DNA of 40,000 bases from Candidatus Altimarinota bacterium. Its GTDB lineage: Bacteria > Patescibacteriota > Gracilibacteria > UBA1369 > UM-FILTER-53-11. A program made the position numbers and the translations under genes. The stretch is from positions 12,217 to 52,216 of the forward strand of contig JAGOUV010000001.1 in the NCBI GenBank assembly GCA_018061065.1, given 5' to 3'. Positions 29,406 to 37,022 of this stretch are shown here, piece after piece. Below the pieces are notes generated by a model. The model saw nothing but the letters and a program-made list of their open reading frames with translations, was not told where the DNA came from and searched no databases. The stretch's first letter is position 1; every line of letters begins with the position of its first letter.

Positions 29406-30041
29406 CTATGCGGCTTTCACAATAGCGATTCCCTCTAAATGAAGAGCCCCGACACTTCGTAGAGTCTGCGCCGCTGAGTTCATAGTAGCCCCCGTTGTTA
29501 TGACATCATCAATAAGATAATACGTATACGTTGGATCGAGTTGCAGGCGGTCTCGGGGGTCAAATGCGCGTAACATGTTTTCCGCCCGTGCTGTTTTTGA
29601 GAGACCCACCTGCGGCCGCACATAGTGAGTACGCACAAGTAAATCCTGTAGCTCAATCTCATATTGCTTTGCGATCATAGTGGCAATAATCCGACTTTGA
29701 TTAAATCCGCGCCACGCAAGTCTCCGTGGATGCAGAGGAATAGGCACTAGTATCGCTGGCCGCTTAATAGTAATGGTGCGTTTTTGCAACATTGTTTCTA
29801 TGACCTCTTCCACGGCGGAACAAAAATTATATTTGAGTAACTGTGTGAGCTGTAGTGCGCAGGGATCACGATATTCTTGAAAGAGGGAATGTACCTGCAG
29901 GTCGCCGATCGTATCTTTTTTTGCGATTGCTTGTTGTAATGAGCCGAAACATTTTAAACAGAAAAAGGTGCCTTCTCGCTTACATGATACGCAGCGTTGA
30001 GGAAATAAAAAGTTCACCAATCGGTCAACAAATAACTGCAT
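29406..30041 (-). CDS. comF: ComF-family phosphoribosyltransferase-domain protein
   Basis: An N-terminal Cys4 zinc ribbon (CVSCKREG...CLKC) is followed by the PRTase motif YYLIDDVITTGATM. Confidence 0.8.
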   Translation of the reverse strand: MQLFVDRLVNFLFPQRCVSCKREGTFFCLKCFGSLQQAIAKKDTIGDLQVHSLFQEYRDPCALQLTQLLKYNFCSAVEEVIETMLQKRTITIKRPAILVPIPLHPRRLAWRGFNQSRIIATMIAKQYEIELQDLLVRTHYVRPQVGLSKTARAENMLRAFDPRDRLQLDPTYTYYLIDDVITTGATMNSAAQTLRSVGALHLEGIAIVKAA

Positions 30042-30056
30042 AAATGAGTTTTTTAA

Positions 30057-30126
30057 ACCGAAGCGGCGGAGTCAGTGCTCCTATCCGAACCTGCCATTGT
30101 CGGATAACAATTTGCACCGCTTCGGT
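30057..30126. other. 70-nt nested stem-loop element (candidate structured RNA or regulatory element)
   Basis: A perfect 10-bp outer stem ACCGAAGCGG (30057-30066) / CCGCTTCGGT (30117-30126) encloses a 7-bp inner stem TATCCGA (30082-30088) / TCGGATA (30100-30106). The element starts 16 nt upstream of the comF start codon. Confidence 0.4.
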
Positions 30127-30213
30127 CTTGTATCGTCGATACTTATAACAGACCAACATTAAATTTCTGTGAAATAATTATGAAAAATTTATGAACGGGA
30201 AAAACCGCCGGGG

Positions 30214-30242
30214 TTGCCTAAGGCTACGGCGCTCACTATAAT
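30214..30242 (+). promoter_or_regulatory. Candidate sigma70 promoter TTGCCT-N17-TATAAT upstream of tRNA-Val(GAC)
   Basis: The -35 is at 30214-30219, and a consensus -10 is at 30237-30242 with a 17-nt spacer. The promoter lies about 115 nt upstream of the tRNA. Confidence 0.45.
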
Positions 30243-30311
30243 ACGCAGGCTTATAGAAGTAATTCTTCAATCTTGAGCGTCCCACAGGGACGCTGCGTAG
30301 GCTGAACGAGG

Positions 30312-30355
30312 ATCTGGCTTTGCCAGTCCGAGTGAGGCCGAAGCCTATAAAGTAA
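30312..30355 (+). repeat. Conserved 44-nt tRNA-Val leader, copy 1
   Basis: ATCTGGCTttGCCAGT...N...(T)ATAAAGTAA abuts the tRNA 5' end. 27 of 44 positions are identical to copy 2, with identical spacing. Confidence 0.7.
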
Positions 30356-30432
30356 GGGCAGTTAGCTCAGTTGGCTAGAGCGTCTCGTTGACGTCGAGAA
30401 GGTCAGAGGTTCGAATCCTCTACTGCCCACCA
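30356..30432 (+). tRNA. tRNA-Val (anticodon GAC), CCA encoded
   Basis: Manual cloverleaf: acceptor GGGCAGT/ACTGCCC, D stem GCTC/GAGC, anticodon stem TCTCG/CGAGA with loop TTGACGT, T arm AGAGG-TTCGAAT-CCTCT, discriminator A, CCA. Confidence 0.93.
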
Positions 30433-30554
30433 CAGGTTGTTCAGTATCAGGAATCGTTCATCATGACGGTAAAGTTTTGTATATAATATTTGCTTGAGCC
30501 TATCTGCAACTATCATATACTGCTCATACAGATATTTTATTACTTACCACTTCT

Positions 30555-31280
30555 ATGTCTATGAAAAATAATGTATTTTCTCGGTCATTGCAGTTTGTAG
30601 CTCTTGCTGCGTTGCTTGCAATAACATTGAGCGCGTGCACACTCGCCGGAGATGACAACGCGGGAAAAAATAACCCACCAAACGGTCAGGCAAGTGATGC
30701 TGATAAAGATGATGATACCCTGGCCATCCCAAGAATTGATACTCAAGCCGCACAACTCCGCGTTGTTTTAAATACCCTTTATAGACAGCATGTTAACCTT
30801 GCTTCAGAAGCATTACGTGCGAGTTTTGATGGTGCCGTTCAGTCCGATGCTGCCGCGCATTCACTCGATCGCAACTCAATTGAAATGGCGAAAGTTATTG
30901 GCACAATCTATGGTCCCGATTCAGAGAAACGTTTCCTGGAGATATGGAGAAGCCACATTGGTTTTTTTGTAGACTACACGCTTGCTAGTAAAAAAGGTGA
31001 TAAAGCTGCTATGGAAAAGGCGGTAAAGAACCTAGGCGGATATGTTGATGCGATAGCTGACTTCCTCTCAAGTGCAAATCCTAACTTACCTCGTCAAACC
31101 GTTAAAGATCTTGTAAGCCAACACATCACTCACTTGAAGACAGCAATTGATAGTTATGTGGTAAAAGAATATGCAAAATCATACCTCGCACAGTCAGATG
31201 CAGATTTGCAAATGGGTGCGTTTGCCGATGTCATTACAGGAGCGGTAGTGAGACAGTTCCCTGCGAAATATAATAAATAA
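30555..31280 (+). CDS. Helical lipoprotein of unknown function
   Basis: The signal peptide has a lipobox (LAITLSAC|TLAG). The mature part is helical with two similar halves (..YRQHVNLASEAL.., ..LVSQHITHLKTAI..). Confidence 0.7.
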   Translation: MSMKNNVFSRSLQFVALAALLAITLSACTLAGDDNAGKNNPPNGQASDADKDDDTLAIPRIDTQAAQLRVVLNTLYRQHVNLASEALRASFDGAVQSDAAAHSLDRNSIEMAKVIGTIYGPDSEKRFLEIWRSHIGFFVDYTLASKKGDKAAMEKAVKNLGGYVDAIADFLSSANPNLPRQTVKDLVSQHITHLKTAIDSYVVKEYAKSYLAQSDADLQMGAFADVITGAVVRQFPAKYNK

Positions 31281-31304
31281 TTAAATAAATAGCTAAGTTG
31301 ATAT

Positions 31305-31339
31305 AGAAGCCCTGTAAGATATATACTTGCAGGGCTTCT
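31305..31339 (+). terminator. Strong stem-loop downstream of the lipoprotein gene (terminator-like, no U tract)
   Basis: AGAAGCCCTGTAAG-ATATATA-CTTGCAGGGCTTCT forms a stem of about 14 bp (one G-T pair). It starts 25 nt after the stop and is followed only by TT. Confidence 0.45.
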
Positions 31340-31376
31340 TAGCGAGCGCACGGCGCGAGCGCGAAACGAGCGAAGA

Positions 31377-31420
31377 ATCTGGCTCAGCCAGTTCTGAACG
31401 AAGTTGAGCTCATAAAGTAA
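31377..31420 (+). repeat. Conserved 44-nt tRNA-Val leader, copy 2
   Basis: ATCTGGCTcaGCCAGT...CATAAAGTAA abuts the tRNA 5' end, with the same block spacing as copy 1. Confidence 0.7.
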
Positions 31421-31497
31421 GGGCAATTAGCTCAGTTGGTTAGAGCGCACGATTCACATTCGTGAGGTCACAAGTTCGAATCTTGTATTGCCCACCA
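31421..31497 (+). tRNA. tRNA-Val (anticodon CAC), CCA encoded
   Basis: Manual cloverleaf: acceptor GGGCAAT/ATTGCCC, D stem GCTC/GAGC, anticodon stem CACGA/TCGTG with loop TTCACAT, T arm ACAAG-TTCGAAT-CTTGT, discriminator A, CCA. Confidence 0.93.
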
Positions 31498-31507
31498 TAT
31501 GACCATA

Positions 31508-31535
31508 TTGACAAAATAAAGTTTCGGCATATTCT
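31508..31535 (+). promoter_or_regulatory. Candidate promoter TTGACA-N16-TATTCT of the isochorismatase-family gene
   Basis: A consensus -35 is at 31508-31513 and the -10 at 31530-31535. The -10 ends 6 nt before the GTG start (31542), consistent with a leaderless mRNA. Confidence 0.5.
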
Positions 31536-31541
31536 ATTAGT

Positions 31542-32237
31542 GTGAGAAGGCTATACAATCTTGAAGCTCAACCGAATCCAATTGAAATTGATGCCGCACA
31601 TAGCGCCGTTATTGTAACGGATATGCAGCGTGATTTTATGGAGAGAGGAGGAGTCGCAGAAGCATGGGGACAAAATCCCGAAGCCCTTCGACATATTATT
31701 CCTAATATTCAGAGAGTTGTTGATGCTGCACGAAAAGCTGCAATAGAAGTCATTTGGTTACGTGAAGGATATAGTTCAGATTTAAGTGATGTGCCAATTT
31801 CTTGGAAAGAAGATTTTGCTGAAGGTGAGCGCATTGGAGATGTTGGGAACGGAGGGTGGAGATTTTTGATTCGTGGTGAATTAGGACATGGAATTATTGA
31901 TGAACTCAGCCCAGCGCCGGAAGAGAAAATCTTTGATAAGGCTTCAAAAAACGCATTCCACAGGCCAGAATTTAATGCTTATTTGCAGCAAGCATTAAAA
32001 AGAAATCTACTATGGACGGGTGTGACCACGAATGTTTGTGTGGGAACGAGCGTGCGTGCTTCAAATGATCATGGTTATAGATCAGTAGTCCTTGCAGACG
32101 GAACTGCTGCCTATAATCCTGCTTGGCATGAAAATGAATTAGATACTATCCGTGGACAGGGGAAGCAAAATAAACGTGGGATTTTTGGCTGGGTTACTAC
32201 TTCAGAAAATGTAATTCGGTCATTAGAGGCTGCTTAA
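31542..32237 (+). CDS. Isochorismatase-family cysteine hydrolase
   Basis: AVIVTDMQRDF (Asp), a mid-protein Lys context and TGVTTNVCVGTSVRASNDHGY (catalytic Cys) are present. The start codon is GTG. Confidence 0.8.
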   Translation: MRRLYNLEAQPNPIEIDAAHSAVIVTDMQRDFMERGGVAEAWGQNPEALRHIIPNIQRVVDAARKAAIEVIWLREGYSSDLSDVPISWKEDFAEGERIGDVGNGGWRFLIRGELGHGIIDELSPAPEEKIFDKASKNAFHRPEFNAYLQQALKRNLLWTGVTTNVCVGTSVRASNDHGYRSVVLADGTAAYNPAWHENELDTIRGQGKQNKRGIFGWVTTSENVIRSLEAA

Positions 32238-32337
32238 ATATATATAGTTTGTCCTTAACAGGACAGACGAGCTAGTGCACGTGCACACTTATTTGAAATA
32301 TTTATGGTCTTTTTTCAAAAATCTGCTATTAATGGTG

Positions 32338-32358
32338 GTCTGCCCGGGCAGACTTTTT
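32338..32358 (+). terminator. Rho-independent terminator (GTCTGCCCGGGCAGAC + TTTTT)
   Basis: A perfect 16-nt GC-rich palindrome is followed by a T5 run. It starts 101 nt after the stop of the upstream gene. Confidence 0.7.
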
Positions 32359-32504
32359 GCCCGTTATTTGGCTTTATATAAGCCATTTTCGCCTTAAAAA
32401 GTCTACCGCCTACGCGGCGACTTACCAACTCATAGTAAAAAAGAGGCATGCGGTCGCAGAAACTATATATAAAGTTTCTCCATTTTATGAGGCGATCAAC
32501 AATA

Positions 32505-32513
32505 TGTTATAAT
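32505..32513 (+). promoter_or_regulatory. Extended -10 promoter element TGTTATAAT
   Basis: This is a perfect TGnTATAAT that ends 10 nt before the ATG at 32524. Confidence 0.5.
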
Positions 32514-32523
32514 CGCTACACTT

Positions 32524-33252
32524 ATGGACGATCAATTCATTCCACCGCCACCTCCACCACCACAAAACTCAGGACAGCCATTTAATGATCCTAATGCGGG
32601 TTATCAGCAACCGTATTCACAACAACAATACGATCCAGCGCAGTATGCGGGAGCTCAGCCAGCAGGCCAGCAACAACAATTTGCGCAGCCAGATCCAACT
32701 CAGTACGCAGGCGATCAATCTCCGCAATATCCGCAAGCCTCAGCACAAGATCCCTACGCTCAGATGGGCTATGATCCTCTCATGGGTCAGGCAGGGCAGG
32801 GAGGAGGCGATGATCCTTTTGGTGATGCAGGCGGTGCGCCTCCTGCAGGTGCTCCACCTCCCAAGCCAAGCAAACCAGCAAATTTTCAGTTGGGTACGCT
32901 TCTCGGGCCAGTTTTAAATATAAAAGTTGCTCCTCATTCATTACAGTTTGATCAGCAGTATTTTTTGCATCTCTTGGCCGGCTCTATTTCCCTTACTAAA
33001 GACGAAAAAATCCGCATTGTTGAATCCATTCCGAAGTTAAAGCAGGTTCAGGTTGATGAGTTGGTTAGAATTTTCGAGGAAGAGCGCGTGAAGTTCGCCG
33101 AACTAGGGGAGGAGCATGTACCTCAGCTTGAGAAACTCGCAAAGCAGCACTATGAAGACTGGATCGATATTGAAATGCGTCAGCAGCAGGTAAGCCAAGC
33201 CTCTACAGACGAGGCTCAGGCAGACGAAATTCGCAAACAATTGGGCCTTTAA
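32524..33252 (+). CDS. Protein with a Gln/Pro/Tyr-rich disordered N-terminal half plus the conserved helical domain (family copy B)
   Basis: The 242-aa protein starts with PPPPPPPQ and has imperfect repeats DP(A/T)QYAG(A/D)Q. Its C-terminal domain SLTKDEKIRIVESIPKLKQVQVDELVRIFEEE...QHYEDW is homologous to ORF 19155..19664. Confidence 0.75.
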   Translation: MDDQFIPPPPPPPQNSGQPFNDPNAGYQQPYSQQQYDPAQYAGAQPAGQQQQFAQPDPTQYAGDQSPQYPQASAQDPYAQMGYDPLMGQAGQGGGDDPFGDAGGAPPAGAPPPKPSKPANFQLGTLLGPVLNIKVAPHSLQFDQQYFLHLLAGSISLTKDEKIRIVESIPKLKQVQVDELVRIFEEERVKFAELGEEHVPQLEKLAKQHYEDWIDIEMRQQQVSQASTDEAQADEIRKQLGL

Positions 33253-33276
33253 TTACTTTTCTTAATTAATATCCAT

Positions 33277-33579
33277 ATGAAAAAGACAATGACGGTTTTC
33301 TCAGCATTGATGCTTATTGCACTTTTGAGCGCGTGTGGCACCACACCTACTGCGACAGTAACAACTGATACAACTCAATCAAACGACTCAGTACAAACAA
33401 CTACAGTGAAAGAGGGAACTTCACCAGAAGTAACTGCCGAAGAAAAATCCCCCTCAGTTGATGAAGGGGATCTTTATTTTAAGGTCCTTGCAAGCGGTGA
33501 TGTGAAGCAGTGCGATAAACTTACTACAGTATTCCTTAAGTCACAGTGCACCAGCAAACTTACTGCTAAAGAAGAATAA
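33277..33579 (+). CDS. Small lipoprotein (100 aa)
   Basis: A signal peptide with lipobox (LIALLSAC|GT) is followed by a Thr-rich linker and a short C-terminal domain with two Cys. Confidence 0.65.
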   Translation: MKKTMTVFSALMLIALLSACGTTPTATVTTDTTQSNDSVQTTTVKEGTSPEVTAEEKSPSVDEGDLYFKVLASGDVKQCDKLTTVFLKSQCTSKLTAKEE

Positions 33580-33584
33580 GTTTA

Positions 33585-35150
33585 TTATTGCTGCTGTGGA
33601 ATATCTGGGCTGAAGCATTGCGCTCTTGGACGTGCATTAAATGTGCCCGCTTGAGCAATGATGCGCTTAGTCATCAAACTGCATCTCTGCTGGCCATCTA
33701 CGGGTCTTATATACCATAGGCCATTTGCAGGTGGAGTATCATCATCAAATACGACTGAACAAGACAGCAATTTATCACCAGCAGTACAGTCGCGTGTTAC
33801 CGGTGCACTCCAAGCAGTTGAAGCACCTGCAGGTAGTACCGCAGACGCACCGCTCGTAACAGAGTAAAATGTACCAATACTTCCTGCACTAATGCTATTT
33901 GCGGTCATACTTTGTACAGTTATGTCATCAACATCAAGTGTTCCGTCTATACTTGAATTGCCACCTTCAACATGAAGACCTTTTTCAGACAACATATAAA
34001 TATTTCCTGCGTACATATTGATCTCGTTCAAGCGTTTTACACCATTATCAGCTGCTCGTCCGATGGTAACGAACCCACCGTTTGTAGTTCCAACAGTTAA
34101 ATTGCGTCCCACGTTGACATCACTTGTTGTTGTGACCATGCCATTATCAATGCGTACATTAGTTGCGTTATTACTCTCTTGAATTACTACGTTGCTCGTA
34201 ATATGTGTGCTAGCACTGATAATATCAAGTGAATTTTTTGCGTCGAGTAATGCAGTTTGTGCAAAAATTCTTACACGATTGCTATCATTGTTAGTTCCCT
34301 CAGTTCCAATAATTACGTTTGCACCACCTGTATCGCCACCCAGTAATTCGAGGTTTGCATTATTTCCGGAAATTGTACCGTTTGTGACCCCAACTCCAGC
34401 TACTTGACGGTTAAGGGCGCTACCCTCTACACGAACCCAGTCTTGAGTAACTTCAAGTGTTCCCGATGTCTGCATTGATCCAAGTAAATTTAAGCTGCCG
34501 GTGATTTGATGACGTGATGAACCGTCAGCAGCTCCAATTACCATTGTTCCTGGGCCACTTAGTAAACTACCAGAAGAAAGAAGAAGATCACTTCCTAAGC
34601 TTAAGTTAACAGCACCTCTTAATGTCAGATCGCCAGTAATGCGGTTTGGAACTGCTCCTGCATTTCCATTGCTCTGTCCGCTAACACTTAGTCCACCAGT
34701 TACACGTAGGTTTCCTGACTCATTATTATTTCCTATAATTTCAACTTCATCATAAATCCTTAGAGGATTGACTGCACCGGGTACGCCAGGAGTTGTATTT
34801 GTTATTCCCATTCTAAAATCACCCAATCCTTGCACCATTAGATCGTCACCAACCTGTGCAGGACCATTTTGATTGATCCAAATCGGTGCGTTAATTGCAG
34901 AGAAGCGAGGAACCGGCTGTGTTGCTGCTCCCGGTGCTCCATTTGGCGTAGTTGAACCCAGCGAAATATTTCCACCTGGTTGAATGACTACCGCGCCACC
35001 CGTGACATCACGTAAAACTTGTCCCGCTATATTAGAGTAGGGACTTGCAGGAACGGTGACTTGCTGTGCTTGTGCCGTAGCTCCCAAAGGAATGGCGACC
35101 GCCACAGAAGTAAGTGCACACAGAGTGAGAACGCGACGTAATGTTTTCAT
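33585..35150 (-). CDS. Secreted Gly/Asn/Thr/Ser-rich repeat protein (beta-helix/adhesin-like) with a Cys-containing C-terminal domain
   Basis: The Sec signal is MKTLRRVLTLCALTSVAVAIPLGATAQA. It is followed by ~400 aa of short degenerate G/N/T/S/V-rich beta-strand-like repeats. In the mature protein, Cys occurs only in the last ~70 aa (RDCTAGDKLLSC...RCSL...QCFSP). Confidence 0.65.
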   Translation of the reverse strand: MKTLRRVLTLCALTSVAVAIPLGATAQAQQVTVPASPYSNIAGQVLRDVTGGAVVIQPGGNISLGSTTPNGAPGAATQPVPRFSAINAPIWINQNGPAQVGDDLMVQGLGDFRMGITNTTPGVPGAVNPLRIYDEVEIIGNNNESGNLRVTGGLSVSGQSNGNAGAVPNRITGDLTLRGAVNLSLGSDLLLSSGSLLSGPGTMVIGAADGSSRHQITGSLNLLGSMQTSGTLEVTQDWVRVEGSALNRQVAGVGVTNGTISGNNANLELLGGDTGGANVIIGTEGTNNDSNRVRIFAQTALLDAKNSLDIISASTHITSNVVIQESNNATNVRIDNGMVTTTSDVNVGRNLTVGTTNGGFVTIGRAADNGVKRLNEINMYAGNIYMLSEKGLHVEGGNSSIDGTLDVDDITVQSMTANSISAGSIGTFYSVTSGASAVLPAGASTAWSAPVTRDCTAGDKLLSCSVVFDDDTPPANGLWYIRPVDGQQRCSLMTKRIIAQAGTFNARPRAQCFSPDIPQQQ

Positions 35151-35202
35151 AAATTTGATATTTATTAATTCGTATTAGTATACCTTTTTTTTGCAATTTT
35201 CG

Positions 35203-37011
35203 CTAGTTCAATACACGCGCCTCTTGAATAACATACTTAATATTGTCTCCAATAGATGGAATGGTAGGAGCCCAGATGGGCCAGGTCTTTACTTGGACAT
35301 CCTGAATTTCCTCAGTTTGTTGTTGAAGGTATTCCTGTGCAGCTTCGATACGCAGTCCCGCAATGTGATCCGTTACTTTTTTCAGGAAGCGCTTTCCATT
35401 CTCAGTCTCGGGATCAAGATCATAGACTTGCAGTGCGCGCATGGTGACGGTGATACGACGGCGACCATTTGCCTCATCTCCATCCAAATAGCGGTATGAA
35501 AGATCTTTTTCATCGATGGTGAGGATTTTCTTGTCCGGATCAACACGGCTCAACAGACGCTCTTTTACTTGGTCAACGAGCTCTTGATAATTAAATGCCA
35601 AACCGCTCATGGTATATGAAGCAGAAAGCTCAAATTGATCGATTGATGTACCCACAAGCCCCGGTGGAACAGTAACGGTGGGCTTACCAATAGTAATTAC
35701 ATGACTGTCATTGAGGAGTGAGAGCGAGGTTTTTTTGACTAAATTTTGCTGCTCAAGATAGGATTTAAGATCGGCTGCTGCCTCTTTATTAATTTTTTGC
35801 ACGATCTCAGACTGGGCTGCATCGACATCTTCCTGGCTGATGACTTTTACCACGCTTGTTTCACCACCGGTCATAGCGGCCTTGCTTGTTGCAGTCAATT
35901 TTTTTCGATTTTCTTCATTTTTCAAACCGGGTAGGAAAAAAGTTGTTGGGGGAATATTTCCACGGCTTCCAATGACTTGAAGATTTGCATCAAGTTCATC
36001 GGCGATCACCGCAATATCCAGGGTTCCTGGCTGTGCACCGCGTGCGGGTGGAATACGTACCGCTGTTGGCGTGCGGAATACAATGCCGTCTTCCGTCTGA
36101 AAACGTGTCTTTTCAGCCAAATCCCAAGGGTTCGGACTGGTGTTAGTTACCGTAATTACGCCGCGACTGCGATTTCCTTTTGAAATTTTCCCCGTAGCAA
36201 AATGCACCACTTTTTTAGTGAAAGGCGGTGCCTCAATCGGATAGCTGGCAACAACGATGCTCTGATTACGAGCATTTTCTAAATCACCATTTTTTGCAGG
36301 ATCAAGAAAGTTCACATTAAATGTTTGTTCCAATACGGTGGGGCGGGGAGTCAGATAAACGGTTGCACCCGGCAGCGCAATATACGCAATAGCCAAAAAC
36401 AGCATCACGCTGACTAAAATCAACGTAAAAAGTGCTTGTTTATTAGGTGCACTAAAGACGAGCTTGGTGCCTTTCATCTCCTGTTTTTTCTTCTTCATCT
36501 TATCGCGCACCGATTCTAAAATTGTTTGAATACCGTGAGGACGATTTATTTTAATCACTTCTGATATTGAAATTTTTTCGTTTACACGTTTTGTGGGACG
36601 CTCACTTTTTAGCGGAATTTTGTCATTGGCAAACGTATCGCGTACTACGGCTTTTTTCTGGAGTTGTTCGGCGGCGAGAATACCCAATTTTTCGGCATAT
36701 TTAAGCCCTGTTGGGTCACTCGTTATCATGATGATTTCCTTCTCAACTTCACCTGTTTTTTTTAATAAAATCTTCATATTAAGAAGACTCTGAAACAACA
36801 CGGCTTTACGTGGAACTACGATCGCAATTTTCTTAGCGGGCGTTTTTTTAATCGCATCAAATACATGAGTAATCTCATCATCAATATCGACATACAAAAC
36901 TTTCTCGTGACCAAACGCACGAATTTTTTCGTATACATCAGTATCGCGGATTTTGCGCTTCTCAATGGCAAATCGCGGCCGCAGTCCATCTTGTTTCTTG
37001 CCTTCATCCAT
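35203..37011 (-). CDS. Bitopic membrane protein of unknown function (cytoplasmic N domain, one TM, large external domain)
   Basis: The 602-aa protein has a TM helix ALFTLILVSVMLFLAIAYIAL at about residue 190. Its external part faintly resembles baseplate-J-like beta-rich proteins; this is recollection only and is not verified. The gene starts 11 nt after the ftsA stop. Confidence 0.6.
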   Translation of the reverse strand: MDEGKKQDGLRPRFAIEKRKIRDTDVYEKIRAFGHEKVLYVDIDDEITHVFDAIKKTPAKKIAIVVPRKAVLFQSLLNMKILLKKTGEVEKEIIMITSDPTGLKYAEKLGILAAEQLQKKAVVRDTFANDKIPLKSERPTKRVNEKISISEVIKINRPHGIQTILESVRDKMKKKKQEMKGTKLVFSAPNKQALFTLILVSVMLFLAIAYIALPGATVYLTPRPTVLEQTFNVNFLDPAKNGDLENARNQSIVVASYPIEAPPFTKKVVHFATGKISKGNRSRGVITVTNTSPNPWDLAEKTRFQTEDGIVFRTPTAVRIPPARGAQPGTLDIAVIADELDANLQVIGSRGNIPPTTFFLPGLKNEENRKKLTATSKAAMTGGETSVVKVISQEDVDAAQSEIVQKINKEAAADLKSYLEQQNLVKKTSLSLLNDSHVITIGKPTVTVPPGLVGTSIDQFELSASYTMSGLAFNYQELVDQVKERLLSRVDPDKKILTIDEKDLSYRYLDGDEANGRRRITVTMRALQVYDLDPETENGKRFLKKVTDHIAGLRIEAAQEYLQQQTEEIQDVQVKTWPIWAPTIPSIGDNIKYVIQEARVLN

Positions 37012-37022
37012 GGGCTTTATAA

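Noticed and set aside
30057-30126. The possibility that the nested-stem element is a small SRP (4.5S) RNA. On the minus strand it contains CAGGUUCGGAUAGGAGCAC, which resembles the domain IV consensus CAGGUCCGGAAGGAAGCAGC.
   Set aside because: The similar string does not sit in the right structural context. There is no GNRA tetraloop closed by the expected pairs, and the apical loop is 11 nt. The conserved GGAA/AGCAGC elements are mutated and the element is short. It is kept only as an unclassified structured element.
30356-31497. A tRNA-flanked genomic island, with the two tRNA-Val genes bracketing a lipoprotein gene.
   Set aside because: The two tRNAs are different isoacceptors rather than att-type partial duplicates. 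There is no integrase, and the bracketed segment is a single gene.
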